NCBI GenBank assembly: GCA_020634615.1
Contig: JACKBI010000001.1
Coordinates: forward strand, 459,261 to 523,260
Length of the DNA: 64,000 nucleotides
Direction: 5' to 3'
DNA from: Anaerolineales bacterium
Lineage (GTDB): Bacteria > Chloroflexota > Anaerolineae > JAAEKA01
Below are positions 17,899-28,699 of the stretch, piece after piece; the stretch's first letter is position 1, and the number at the start of each line of letters is the position of its first letter. The position numbers and the translations under genes are program-made. The notes under the pieces were generated by a model, which was given only the letters and a program-made list of their open reading frames with translations, was not told the DNA's origin and ran no database searches.

Positions 17899-18774
17899 TC
17901 ACCCCTTCACATACGGCTCGCCCAGCGCTTCCGGTTTGGCTGATCCCCATTTGGCGCGGAACCACTTGGTTGACATCACCAGCAGCACCAGCAACGTGAT
18001 GACGAAGGGGACGGTGCGCCAGATGTAGCGCGAGAAGACGCCCGGCAGGAAGAGCTGCGGGTTGAGCGAAAGCTGCCAGAGGAAGCCGAAGAGCAGCGAT
18101 CCGCCCAGCAAAATCCAGGGGTTCCACAGCGAGAAGAAGACCAGCGCCAGCGCGATGAAGCCCCAGCCCATCAGGAAGTTGTAGTTCCAGACCGGGTTGT
18201 AGTCCAGTGAGTAGACCGCGCCAGCGAAGCCCATCAACATGCCGCCGACCACCACGCACATGTAGCGCGTCCGGGCGACGTTGATGCCCGACACCTCGGC
18301 TACCGATGGATTCTCGCCGACTGAGCGGATGCGCAGCCCGAGGCTCGTCTTCGCCAGCACGAACCACATCACTGCCACCAGGACGACGCTCAGGATGAAG
18401 AAGGGGGAAAAACCGGCGATCGTCGGTATCCGGTCCATTCCCAGCGGCCCGGTGTAGGGGTTGCCGATGAAGGTGGTCAGGCCAAAGCCCAGAATCCAGA
18501 TGCCCATGCCGCTGACCACCTGATCGACGCCCAGCGTGATGGAGAAGAAGCCGTGCAATGATCCCAGCAGCGCGCCGACCAGGATGGCGACCGCGAAGCC
18601 GACCGCGTAGCTGTCGCTGTTCTGCGCGGCCATGAAGCCAAAGGTCGCGCCGAACAGCATGATCCCCTCGATGCCGACGTTGAGGATGCCTGACCGCTGG
18701 CCCAGCAGCTCACCCAGGGCAGCCAGGGTGAAAATCGTCGAAGCCTCAAGACTCCGGGCTATGAACTCCCACAT
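17899..18774 (-). CDS. ABC transporter permease (BMP/nucleoside-type, YufQ-like)
   Basis: Multi-TM protein. Operon partner of a BMP-family SBP and a two-domain ATPase. Confidence 0.7.
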   Translation of the reverse strand: MWEFIARSLEASTIFTLAALGELLGQRSGILNVGIEGIMLFGATFGFMAAQNSDSYAVGFAVAILVGALLGSLHGFFSITLGVDQVVSGMGIWILGFGLTTFIGNPYTGPLGMDRIPTIAGFSPFFILSVVLVAVMWFVLAKTSLGLRIRSVGENPSVAEVSGINVARTRYMCVVVGGMLMGFAGAVYSLDYNPVWNYNFLMGWGFIALALVFFSLWNPWILLGGSLLFGFLWQLSLNPQLFLPGVFSRYIWRTVPFVITLLVLLVMSTKWFRAKWGSAKPEALGEPYVKG

Positions 18775-19896
18775 CTAAGCTCTCCTCCTTGGACGACTCC
18801 CGGTTGCTCTTCAGCACGATCTGGTTGTTATAGAAATACTGGAACCCCACCAGGGTGATCATCAGCACGCCCAGCAGCGCGTAGTCCACGCCAAAACTCA
18901 TGTGCAGCTTGCCCTGGATGTAGCGGCCGCCGATGGACAGCCCGCCAAACAGCAGCGCCACCGGGATCGAAGCGATGGGATTGCCCATGGCGATCAGGCC
19001 GCAGATGATGCCGTAGAAGGCCAGATCGCCGTAATAGCCGTAGTTGCCCGTGATCTTGTAGACGCCCGGCACCGCGGCGAAGTAGTGATAGCCAGCCAGG
19101 CCGGCCATGATGCCGCCCAGCGCGAACACCAGGATTGGCAGCCGCACCGGGTTGATGCCGGCATAGCGGGCCGCCGCCGGACTCTTGCCGTAGGCCCTGA
19201 TCTGAAAGCCGAGCTTGGTGCGTGCGAACATGAAGTTAAGCAGCAACGCCAGACCCAGCGCCACGAAGAGCGTGAAGGGAACGCCGGCAATCAGCGGCGC
19301 ATTGATGTTCGCAGGCAACTGGAAGCTCTCGCCCTCGCCGCCGCGCCCCATAAACGCGCCGCCTTCCTTGATCATGAACGACACCAGCCAGAAGGCGATG
19401 AAGTTCATGATCATGGTGATCACGATCTCGTTGATGTTGTACTTGCCCTTCAGCCCGCCGGCAATGGCTGCGTAGGCCGCGCCGCCCGCGGCGGCTACCA
19501 CCAGCAGGATGGGAATGACAACCAGCGGCGGCACGGCCACCGCGCCGTTGCGTCTCGCGCCCAGCAGCGCCAGCACACCGAACACAGCCAGCGCGCCCAT
19601 GTAAAGCTGGCCGGTCATGCCGATGTTCCACAGGCCGGCGCGGTAGGGAATGATGAACGCGTTGGTGCACAGCAACAGAAAGATGAAGCGGTTGATCGTC
19701 AGCGGCAGGCCGAACTGGTTGAGGAACGCGTAGGAGATGATGCCTTTATAGGCTTCCAGCGGATCGACCCCGGACACGATGAACAGGATGCTGAACAGCA
19801 GCAGGGCCACCAGCAGCGCGGCGATGGAGATCAGCGCCGCATGCCAGCCGGAGAGCGACGGGCGTTTTTCTACCTTGAGTTCGCGTGCGCCGATCT

Positions 19897-19900
<4 letters not shown>
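18746..19900 (-). CDS. ABC transporter permease (BMP/nucleoside-type, YufP-like)
   Basis: Multi-TM protein overlapping both neighbours by 4-29 nt. Confidence 0.7.
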
Positions 19901-21453
<1,553 letters not shown>

Positions 21454-21516
21454 GAGTGCTTCTTTTCCGGGATAGTTCGCCCGTCACGGGCGTTGGAGCG
21501 ATGAACGTGGAAAAAT

Positions 21517-21660
21517 GAGGCTCTCACCAAGGGAAACATATTCCGGTCGGTGAGAGCCTCGCTAACAGGATCCAGACTTCGGAAGTCGCCGGGTTCAGAA
21601 CCAGGGCTGGTTCGTTTGCTGCCAGCTAATTGTGACCGCCAACTGGCGACTTCCGAAGTC
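21517..21660. promoter_or_regulatory. intra-operon structured region: 12-bp stem-loop (GAGGCTCTCACC…GGTGAGAGCCTC), then a perfect 16-bp inverted repeat GACTTCGGAAGTCGCC … GGCGACTTCCGAAGTC
   Basis: Seen directly between the SBP stop (21674) and the ATPase start (21453). Confidence 0.4.
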
Positions 21661-21673
21661 TTTTCAAATCAAC

Positions 21674-22990
21674 CTACTCGAGGACGGTGGTGCCTTGCAG
21701 GTCGAAGCCGAACAGCGACAGCAGGAATGCGTCGGTCGGCACTTCACCAGCCGGCTTGACCTCGGTGCCAGCCGGGGGCACCGCCATGTCCGGCAGATCC
21801 AGACCAGTGCCGTTGCTGATGAATGCGTGCTCGGTGAAGGGGTCCCACTCGCCCGCCATCATCTGCTCGCGGCGCTGCTTGACCAGATCGACGATCTCCT
21901 GCGGGATCAACGGCAGCGCCTTGGGGCTGATGGCATCCACGCCGATCTTGCCGTCGTTCATGATGTCCACGGTGGCTTCTTCGGTGCCGTCGGCCAGCGT
22001 CATCGACTTGTCCATGCCGTAGTACAGCACAGGGTCAGTGGCCTTGCCGGCCATGCGATCCTGAATGATCTGGTCGTACAACACTTCCCAGCGAGTGTCG
22101 AAGGAGACGGCGACCGTGTCGGTGCTCGACCAGCCGTACTCGCCGACCACGTCCATGTCCTTGCCGACGTACCAGATGCCTTTCTCGGTCGCCACGTCCA
22201 GCGGCGAGCCAGAGTCGGTCTGCTGGGTCAGCACATCGACGTTGTACTGGTCGACCAAGGTCGTGGCAATTTCCCGCTCCTCGGGCGGCAGGAACCAGTC
22301 GCCGGCGTACTTGACGTAGACGTTGATGTCCTTGCCCAGGATCTCAGCGGCATCCTGCACACCCAGCACGAAGCCGGCGGTGCGCCGGATCACCTGTACC
22401 GTGGGGAAGGCCGACACGACGCCGATGTTGCCTGTCTCAGTCAACGCGCCGGCGATCAAGCCCTCCAGGTAGAGCGCCTGATACTGGCGCGGGAAGAGGC
22501 GGATGAAGTTTTCCTTGGTGCTCAGGTCGCTGGCGACGATGGACACGAAGTCAACATCGGGGTATTTGTCGGCGATGTCCTTGAGGGGCAGGCCCATGAA
22601 CTCGGCGTTGCCGACTACGATATCAGCGCCTTCGGAGATCATCTCTTCGGCATAGGGGACCGAAAGATCGGGGCTGACCTGCTCGCGATAGACGTAATCG
22701 ACGTTGGGGTACTTCTCAGCCAGCCGCTTGCCGGCCCGGTCATGCGCGCCGGACCAGGTGGTGCCTTCGATAATGCTGAAATGCTCGATGGCCAGTGTGA
22801 TGCTGTCATCGGCCGGCGCGGCATCAGCCGGCGCCTCGGCGGTTGGTTCTGCTGCCGGCTCGCTGTCAGCAGCGGCAGGCGCAGCGGTCGGTTCCGCGGC
22901 CGGGGCAGGCGCGGCGGCTGGCTGGCATGCCGTTGCCAGCATACTCGCAAGGATCAGCAGCACCAGCAGCAGACTGAGCTTCTTGTTCAT
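21674..22990 (-). CDS. BMP-family (PnrA-like) ABC transporter substrate-binding lipoprotein
   Basis: GGAG RBS. Signal plus lipobox MNKKLSLLLVLLILASMLATAC, then an Ala/Pro/Glu-rich linker and a BMP-type fold. Heads the operon. Confidence 0.7.
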   Translation of the reverse strand: MNKKLSLLLVLLILASMLATACQPAAAPAPAAEPTAAPAAADSEPAAEPTAEAPADAAPADDSITLAIEHFSIIEGTTWSGAHDRAGKRLAEKYPNVDYVYREQVSPDLSVPYAEEMISEGADIVVGNAEFMGLPLKDIADKYPDVDFVSIVASDLSTKENFIRLFPRQYQALYLEGLIAGALTETGNIGVVSAFPTVQVIRRTAGFVLGVQDAAEILGKDINVYVKYAGDWFLPPEEREIATTLVDQYNVDVLTQQTDSGSPLDVATEKGIWYVGKDMDVVGEYGWSSTDTVAVSFDTRWEVLYDQIIQDRMAGKATDPVLYYGMDKSMTLADGTEEATVDIMNDGKIGVDAISPKALPLIPQEIVDLVKQRREQMMAGEWDPFTEHAFISNGTGLDLPDMAVPPAGTEVKPAGEVPTDAFLLSLFGFDLQGTTVLE

Positions 22991-23375
22991 GGGGTCCTTC
23001 TCCTTTTCGTGGCGTGCAAATGGGTAGATCAACAACCGAACGATTATACCAAACTGCCGCGGAACGGGCTATCTCGCCGGGCACATTGAGAAAAGACCGT
23101 TTCGCTGCAATCGAGCCGAGGACAGGACGGGCCTTCGAAGCGTTCAGCGACAAGTGGCGGGGGACAGAGCGTGTGCAAGCCGACATTGACGCTGACGATA
23201 AGCCCCGAAGAAGGCAATGTGATTATAAGCAATCGCATAGAGGTTGTCAATCACGTTTCACAATGAATGAAGCAACCGTATAACCTCAGACTTCCGAAGT
23301 CTGCGGGAATGCAAACGCCCGCACACGTTGCAGTGTATGCGGGCGTTGTATGGCAACAACGTGTCGCAGCCAGGG

Positions 23376-23687
23376 CTAGCGTTCGCTGCTGGCGACCACT
23401 TCGAACATCTCGAACTGGTTGCGGCCGCTGTAAGCCTCCGGCGGCAAGCTGCCCGATCGGGCGTGGCCTTGCTTGAACGCGTCCGAACTGACCCAGGCGT
23501 CGAAATGTTCCCTGGACTCCCAGTAGGTCAGGACGACGTAGGGCGTATCAGGCGTGGCCGGGCGCAGCACATCGTTCGAGATGAAGCCGGGCATGGTGTC
23601 CACAAGGCCGGCGCGGTTGGCGAAACGGGCCTCAAAGGCCTCGGCGTATTCAGGGTTTACGGGAATGCGGTTGGCAGTAACTATCAT
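23376..23687 (-). CDS. antibiotic-biosynthesis-monooxygenase (ABM) domain protein
   Basis: ~100 aa protein with a ferredoxin-like ABM pattern (…VVLTYWESREHFDAWVSSDAFKQGH…). GGAGA RBS 5 nt upstream of the ATG. Confidence 0.5.
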   Translation of the reverse strand: MIVTANRIPVNPEYAEAFEARFANRAGLVDTMPGFISNDVLRPATPDTPYVVLTYWESREHFDAWVSSDAFKQGHARSGSLPPEAYSGRNQFEMFEVVASSER

Positions 23688-23753
23688 GTGGTCTCCTTCA
23701 TTCAATTCGACAATTACCGCTGCGGCCGGTCTTCGACCGCAGCGTGAGGGTGG

Positions 23754-24803
23754 CTAGTTCAACGCGCCGACTTCCTGCAGCAGCGTCAGCGTGCCTTGCA
23801 GGTCATCGAGATTGGTCAGGTCGATTCCCGGCGCGTTGATCTCGCTCAACGGCTTGACCGCCGGGTTCAGCGGGATGTCCTTGCCGGCCAGCGGATATTC
23901 ATAGGTCGTGCTGGCAAAGTAGTTCTGTGCCTCGTCCGACAGCAGGAAGGTCACGAATTGCTCGGCTGCAGCCTGGTTGTCGCTGGTATTGATGACGCCC
24001 GCGCCGGCGACGTTGACCAGATTGCCCGCGCCGCCCGCCGGGAAGTAGTAGTTCTGTGCGGGAAAATCATCGCCTTTTTCAGCTTTGAACTCCAACAGGT
24101 AGTAATGATTGACCAGTCCTGCGGGTATTTCACCGCTGCCAACGGCCGTCACGATAGAGTCGTTGTTGGGATAGGCTTTCACGTCATTGGCGAGCATCGC
24201 TGTCAGCCACTCGCGCGCCCGATCTTCACCTTCGATACGTCGCAGTGCGGTGACAAACGCCTGGAAGCTGCCATTGGTGGGCGCCCAGCCGATCTTGCCG
24301 CGCCACTGCTCTTCGGTCAGGCCCCAGATGTCAGCCGGCAGGTCTGCCTCGCTCAACTCATCGGTGTTGTACACCAACACACGCGCCCGCCCGCTAGAGC
24401 CGACCCACAGGTCATCGTCGCTGCGAAACCGGCTGTCGACGCGGTTGAGGATGTCGGCCGGCAGCTTGGCCAGCCGGCCTTCCTTGGCCAGTGCGCCCAG
24501 CGCGCCGGCATCCTGCCCGTAAAACACGTCGGCAGGCGAGTTGGCGCCCTCCTCAAGAATCGTCGACGCCATCTCAGCGGTCTCGCCGTAGCGCACTTGT
24601 ACGTCCTGGCCGGTGGACTCCCGGTACTGCTCGATCAGCGGCCCGACCAGATTCTCGTTGCGGCCGGAATATATCACCAGCGGCTTCGCGGCCGTGTCGC
24701 CGGATTGCTGGTTGTCAACCAGAACGGGGTCGCCTGCGCAGCCTGCCAGCGCGGCGAGAAAGAGAACTGAAACACTAAGCGTTAAGCGTTTCTTCAAGGT
24801 CAC
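23754..24803 (-). CDS. ABC-type substrate-binding lipoprotein, ferric-iron (FbpA/AfuA-like) family
   Basis: Lipobox LAALAGCAG. Typical SBP pattern (PLVIYSGRNENLVGPLIEQY…). Directly downstream of a DtxR-family regulator. Confidence 0.55.
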   Translation of the reverse strand: MTLKKRLTLSVSVLFLAALAGCAGDPVLVDNQQSGDTAAKPLVIYSGRNENLVGPLIEQYRESTGQDVQVRYGETAEMASTILEEGANSPADVFYGQDAGALGALAKEGRLAKLPADILNRVDSRFRSDDDLWVGSSGRARVLVYNTDELSEADLPADIWGLTEEQWRGKIGWAPTNGSFQAFVTALRRIEGEDRAREWLTAMLANDVKAYPNNDSIVTAVGSGEIPAGLVNHYYLLEFKAEKGDDFPAQNYYFPAGGAGNLVNVAGAGVINTSDNQAAAEQFVTFLLSDEAQNYFASTTYEYPLAGKDIPLNPAVKPLSEINAPGIDLTNLDDLQGTLTLLQEVGALN

Positions 24804-24954
24804 TGTGTGCGTCTCCTTAGTAGTGATGATGTGAGTTTGGTCTGTTAGCGCCGGTCGAGTGCAGGGTAACCCGGAGTGGCTTTGCAGGTTCGGGCGCCCC
24901 AGGTCTCATGCAGCAATCGACCACCAACGTAACGAATCGGTTTCAGTCAGGCCC

Positions 24955-25686
24955 TCATGAACTGAGATCGTCAGGTTCCGCTGGCTCAACCGGCGAATCT
25001 CCCGGTTCAGGCGGGCGGACACGGGTCACCTCGATCAGTTGCACCAGCTCGGCAGCCAGCGCGATCTGCCCGGTCGCCGCGTGCAACAACATCGAGCCGT
25101 CAGAGGCGGTTGCCAGCGTGCGCAAAATCACGCCGATGCTGATCCCTTGCATGCGCAGAAATGTGCGTGTCGTCTCGTCGCCGCCGATGCTGACGACCTG
25201 GCCGCAGTGGCCAGCCGGAATCTGCATCAACGCCATGCGCGGCCGGCGGACTGCTGACCCGACACTGGCCGGGATCGGCTCGCCTTGTGGACTGAGCGCC
25301 GGGTTGCCAAGATAGCCGGCCAGCCGCTCAGCCAGCAAATCGGGCGTGACATGTTCAAAGCGGCAGGCCATTTCCTCGGCCAGGTGCGGCTCCATGCCGA
25401 GCTTTTCTGCCAGGAAGACCTCCCATAGACGACGCTTGCGCAGGACCCGCAATGCGACCGCCTCGCCTTGCAGCGTCAACGTGACGCCGCGGTAGGGTTC
25501 GTAGGTCACAACGCCCCGGTCTGCCAGCTTACGGCACATCTGATTGGCAGAAACCGGCGATACAGCCAGTTCTTCGGCCAACGTGGAGATAGGAACTGGC
25601 TTATCGTCCTCCTGCAACAGAGCGATACGCAGCAAATACATCTCCACGCTCTCGCTCAACGGCTCAGATGTGTTATGGTCATCCAT
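24955..25686 (-). CDS. DtxR/IdeR/MntR-family metal-dependent transcriptional regulator with a C-terminal FeoA/SH3-like domain
   Basis: N-terminal HTH (ESVEMYLLRIALLQEDDKPVPISTLAEELAVSPVSANQMCRKLADRG). Metal-binding/dimerisation region. C-terminal …GHCGQVVSIGGDETTRTFLRMQGISIGVIL. Confidence 0.7.
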   Translation of the reverse strand: MDDHNTSEPLSESVEMYLLRIALLQEDDKPVPISTLAEELAVSPVSANQMCRKLADRGVVTYEPYRGVTLTLQGEAVALRVLRKRRLWEVFLAEKLGMEPHLAEEMACRFEHVTPDLLAERLAGYLGNPALSPQGEPIPASVGSAVRRPRMALMQIPAGHCGQVVSIGGDETTRTFLRMQGISIGVILRTLATASDGSMLLHAATGQIALAAELVQLIEVTRVRPPEPGDSPVEPAEPDDLSS

Positions 25687-26047
25687 AAAATAAGCACCTC
25701 AAGTGTTTAGGCTGGCCTTCATGTTACTGTCTTGTGCATTGTGTGTCAAATCTTGAGCGGATGAAACGAATGGCGGCGCTGATTGATTAGTCTGTAAGGT
25801 GTCCTTCGCCGCAGGATTTGCGGCCGGTGGCATGTCCATGGCCGGCCGGTGAACATTTGCGGCGCGGCAGGCATGTAAGAATCGGATGCACAACCGGCCG
25901 GTCCGCGCTGCCTTCAACGCAGCAAAAGTCGTCCCACACGCGCCCGGGCCACCGTTTGAGCAGCCGCATTTATTGAAACCGTTTGTTCGGGGCATTTGAA
26001 CCCTGCGAAGCCGGGCAAGCCGGCAACGCCCATAGGATTGGTGAACG

Positions 26048-28594
26048 ATGACAACCAACAGACCATTGTTCTATGTTCTGCTGATCGCCGCTTTCACTGT
26101 ACTCATCATCGCTGTCGCACTGGTCGGCTACAATCTGCTTTCGCTGGCGTTCGGCCAACCGCCGACGCCGACGCCCATCGCCACAGCGGCGCCCGGAGCG
26201 ACGCTGACTGCGACAGCTTCTATAACCGCTGTTCCCTCGACGACCGCGTTACCGGCGACTGTCACCCCTACCGCGTCGCCACTGCCTGGCACGCCCGATG
26301 TGCCGGCGGTGACGGTAGTCGCTGATCTGCTCAATGTGCGCTCGGGACCGGGCCTGACCTTCGACATCATCGCCACTGTGCCGGCTGGCACAGCTTTTCG
26401 CGCCGAGGGCCGGACGGAAGACGGTCTCTGGCTGCTGATCTGCTGCGTCGGCGAGCAATGGGGATGGGTGGCCAACACGGCAGAGACAGTTTCGATCAAT
26501 TTCAATCTGCTAAACCTGCCGGTGGTCACGTTCCCCGCGCCGATTGCCACCAATACGCCGCTGCCCATCTGGACCCCCGTCCCGCCGCCCTTGCCGACCT
26601 GGACGCCCATCCCGACGTGGACGCCGTGGCCGACTCCGACGCCGGTTCCACCACCTCAACCGACTGCGACGCCGGTTCCTGGCGGCGCATGGCTGGGCGA
26701 ATATTACAACAACAGCGACCTGCTCGGCGCGCCGGTGATGGTGCGCTACGATGCGGCGATTCGCTTCAACTGGGGTTTTGGCAGTCCCGCGCCCAACATC
26801 AATCCTGACTTCTTCAGCGTTCGCTGGACCACCAATCAGTGGTTCGACGCGGGCGATTACCTCTTCACGGCGCGCGTTGACGACGGCGTACGCGTTTTTG
26901 TGGACAACGTGCAGATCATCAACGCCTGGCAGGACGGCGGCGTCCGCAACGTTTCCGGGACACGCACCCTGGCTGCCGGCTGGCATGCCGTGCGTGTCGA
27001 GTACTACGAGCGAACCGGCGAGGCGCTGATCGACTTCTCCTGGCAGCGCCAGCAATATTTCCCTGAATGGAAGGGCGAGTATTACAGCAATCCTGATCTG
27101 GCCGGTGCGCCGACCGTGGTGCGCAACGATCTCGTGATTGCGTTCGATTGGGGCCTGGGCAGCCCGGCGCCCGGCATTCCAGTGGACAACTTCAGTGTGC
27201 GCTGGACGCGCAACTTCTACTTCCTGGAGTCCGCGACCTACCGCTTTGTGGTGCGCGTCGACGACGGCGCGCGTGTGCTGGTGGACGATGTCGTCGTTAT
27301 GAACGGCTGGACCGACGGGCCGGCGCGCGACTATGTTGTGGAGCGCTGGTACAACGCCGGCTGGCACAAGATCGAGGTGCAGTATTACGAACGTGTTGGC
27401 ACCGCGCTGATCTTCTTCAACTGGGCGTCGGTTCCGCCCACCGTCATGCCGGTGACTGCCACACCGACGGCGACCGCTGTGCGCACGGCGACGCCTGTGC
27501 CGACGTGGACTCCGACGCGGACGCCAACTCGCACACCGACACGCACTCCAACGGCTACACCGACCAGCACGGCAACCAGTACCGCCGTTGTTACTGCTAC
27601 CGCAACGCCAACCGCTACCGGAGGCGGCAGCGAGCCAACCGCGACACCAACGCCATCGGTAACCGCGACTGCAACAGCAACCAGTACCGCGACGCCAACC
27701 AACGTTCCCGGTGAGACAGCCACGCCGACGCCCACCGATGCTGGCAGCGAGCCCAGCGCGACGCCTACCGCCACTGCTACCGACGAACCAACCGGCACGC
27801 CAACCCCGACGCGCACCGCGACCGCAACCGTCACCGAGGAAGCGACGGCCACGGCTTCGCCAACGCTCACCACGACGGCAACCGCCACGGATGAGCCCAC
27901 CGCTACTGCGACGCCAACGCGCACGGCAACCGCAACTGCTACTGATGAACCCACCGCTACCGCGACGCGCACGGCGACTGCAACTGCCACGGAAGAGCCC
28001 ACTGCTACTGCGACGCCAACGCGCACGGCAACCGCAACTGCGACTGATGAACCCACCGCTACCGCGACGCGCACGGCGACTGCTACCTACGAGCCAACCG
28101 AGACGTCCACGCCGACACCGACGCGCACCCCAACTTCGACGCCCTTCATCACGACCCGACCAACCCGAACGCCGACGCCGGTCGTCAAGCCAACACAGCC
28201 CGCCATTCGCGCCAGCATAGCAATCTCACCGACCGCCGGCACTGTCGGCACATCGATCGTAGTGACCGGCACCAACTGGACGCCGCGTGACCGTATCGTC
28301 ATCACGATGGTGGCGGCAGATGCTGATACCACTGAACAACCGCCGGTCCTGGCTCGTGTAAGAAGTGATCGATCTGGCCGGTTCAGCGTGACCATCGTGG
28401 TGCCCAGAGACCGCAATCTGTTGAGCCAACGGCTGGTGTGGGTGGTGGCGACCAGCAGCACGGACCGCATGACCGCCACAGCGCCTTTTGCTATCCGTCA
28501 GGCCGGCGGCGGCGACGTGGCGCCGGTGGATACGCCGCCACCTGACAGCGGAATTCCGCCCGACAGCGAGCCGCCGACCTCGAGTGATGGCTAG
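26048..28594 (+). CDS. large secreted multidomain protein: signal anchor, SH3b domain, two PA14 domains, Thr/Ala/Pro-rich tandem-repeat region, C-terminal domain
   Basis: SH3_3-like ([40 protein letters not shown]). Two PA14-like blocks (GEYYNN/SNPDL…VRWT…VDDG…YYE). Repeats [18 protein letters not shown]. Confidence 0.6.
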   Translation: MTTNRPLFYVLLIAAFTVLIIAVALVGYNLLSLAFGQPPTPTPIATAAPGATLTATASITAVPSTTALPATVTPTASPLPGTPDVPAVTVVADLLNVRSGPGLTFDIIATVPAGTAFRAEGRTEDGLWLLICCVGEQWGWVANTAETVSINFNLLNLPVVTFPAPIATNTPLPIWTPVPPPLPTWTPIPTWTPWPTPTPVPPPQPTATPVPGGAWLGEYYNNSDLLGAPVMVRYDAAIRFNWGFGSPAPNINPDFFSVRWTTNQWFDAGDYLFTARVDDGVRVFVDNVQIINAWQDGGVRNVSGTRTLAAGWHAVRVEYYERTGEALIDFSWQRQQYFPEWKGEYYSNPDLAGAPTVVRNDLVIAFDWGLGSPAPGIPVDNFSVRWTRNFYFLESATYRFVVRVDDGARVLVDDVVVMNGWTDGPARDYVVERWYNAGWHKIEVQYYERVGTALIFFNWASVPPTVMPVTATPTATAVRTATPVPTWTPTRTPTRTPTRTPTATPTSTATSTAVVTATATPTATGGGSEPTATPTPSVTATATATSTATPTNVPGETATPTPTDAGSEPSATPTATATDEPTGTPTPTRTATATVTEEATATASPTLTTTATATDEPTATATPTRTATATATDEPTATATRTATATATEEPTATATPTRTATATATDEPTATATRTATATYEPTETSTPTPTRTPTSTPFITTRPTRTPTPVVKPTQPAIRASIAISPTAGTVGTSIVVTGTNWTPRDRIVITMVAADADTTEQPPVLARVRSDRSGRFSVTIVVPRDRNLLSQRLVWVVATSSTDRMTATAPFAIRQAGGGDVAPVDTPPPDSGIPPDSEPPTSSDG
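27870..28100 (+). repeat. in-frame tandem DNA repeats (~51-54 bp units) encoding [18 protein letters not shown]-type repeats
   Basis: At least 4 near-identical units visible in both DNA and protein. Confidence 0.5.
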
Positions 28595-28699
28595 ATCGGC
28601 AGGAAAGACAGGCCTGCCAGCGATTGTGATCAGTGAACAATTTCAAGCGAGAACTGACTGTCCTCGCTGAGCGAATTCGGCAAGAGTGAAATCGACAGA

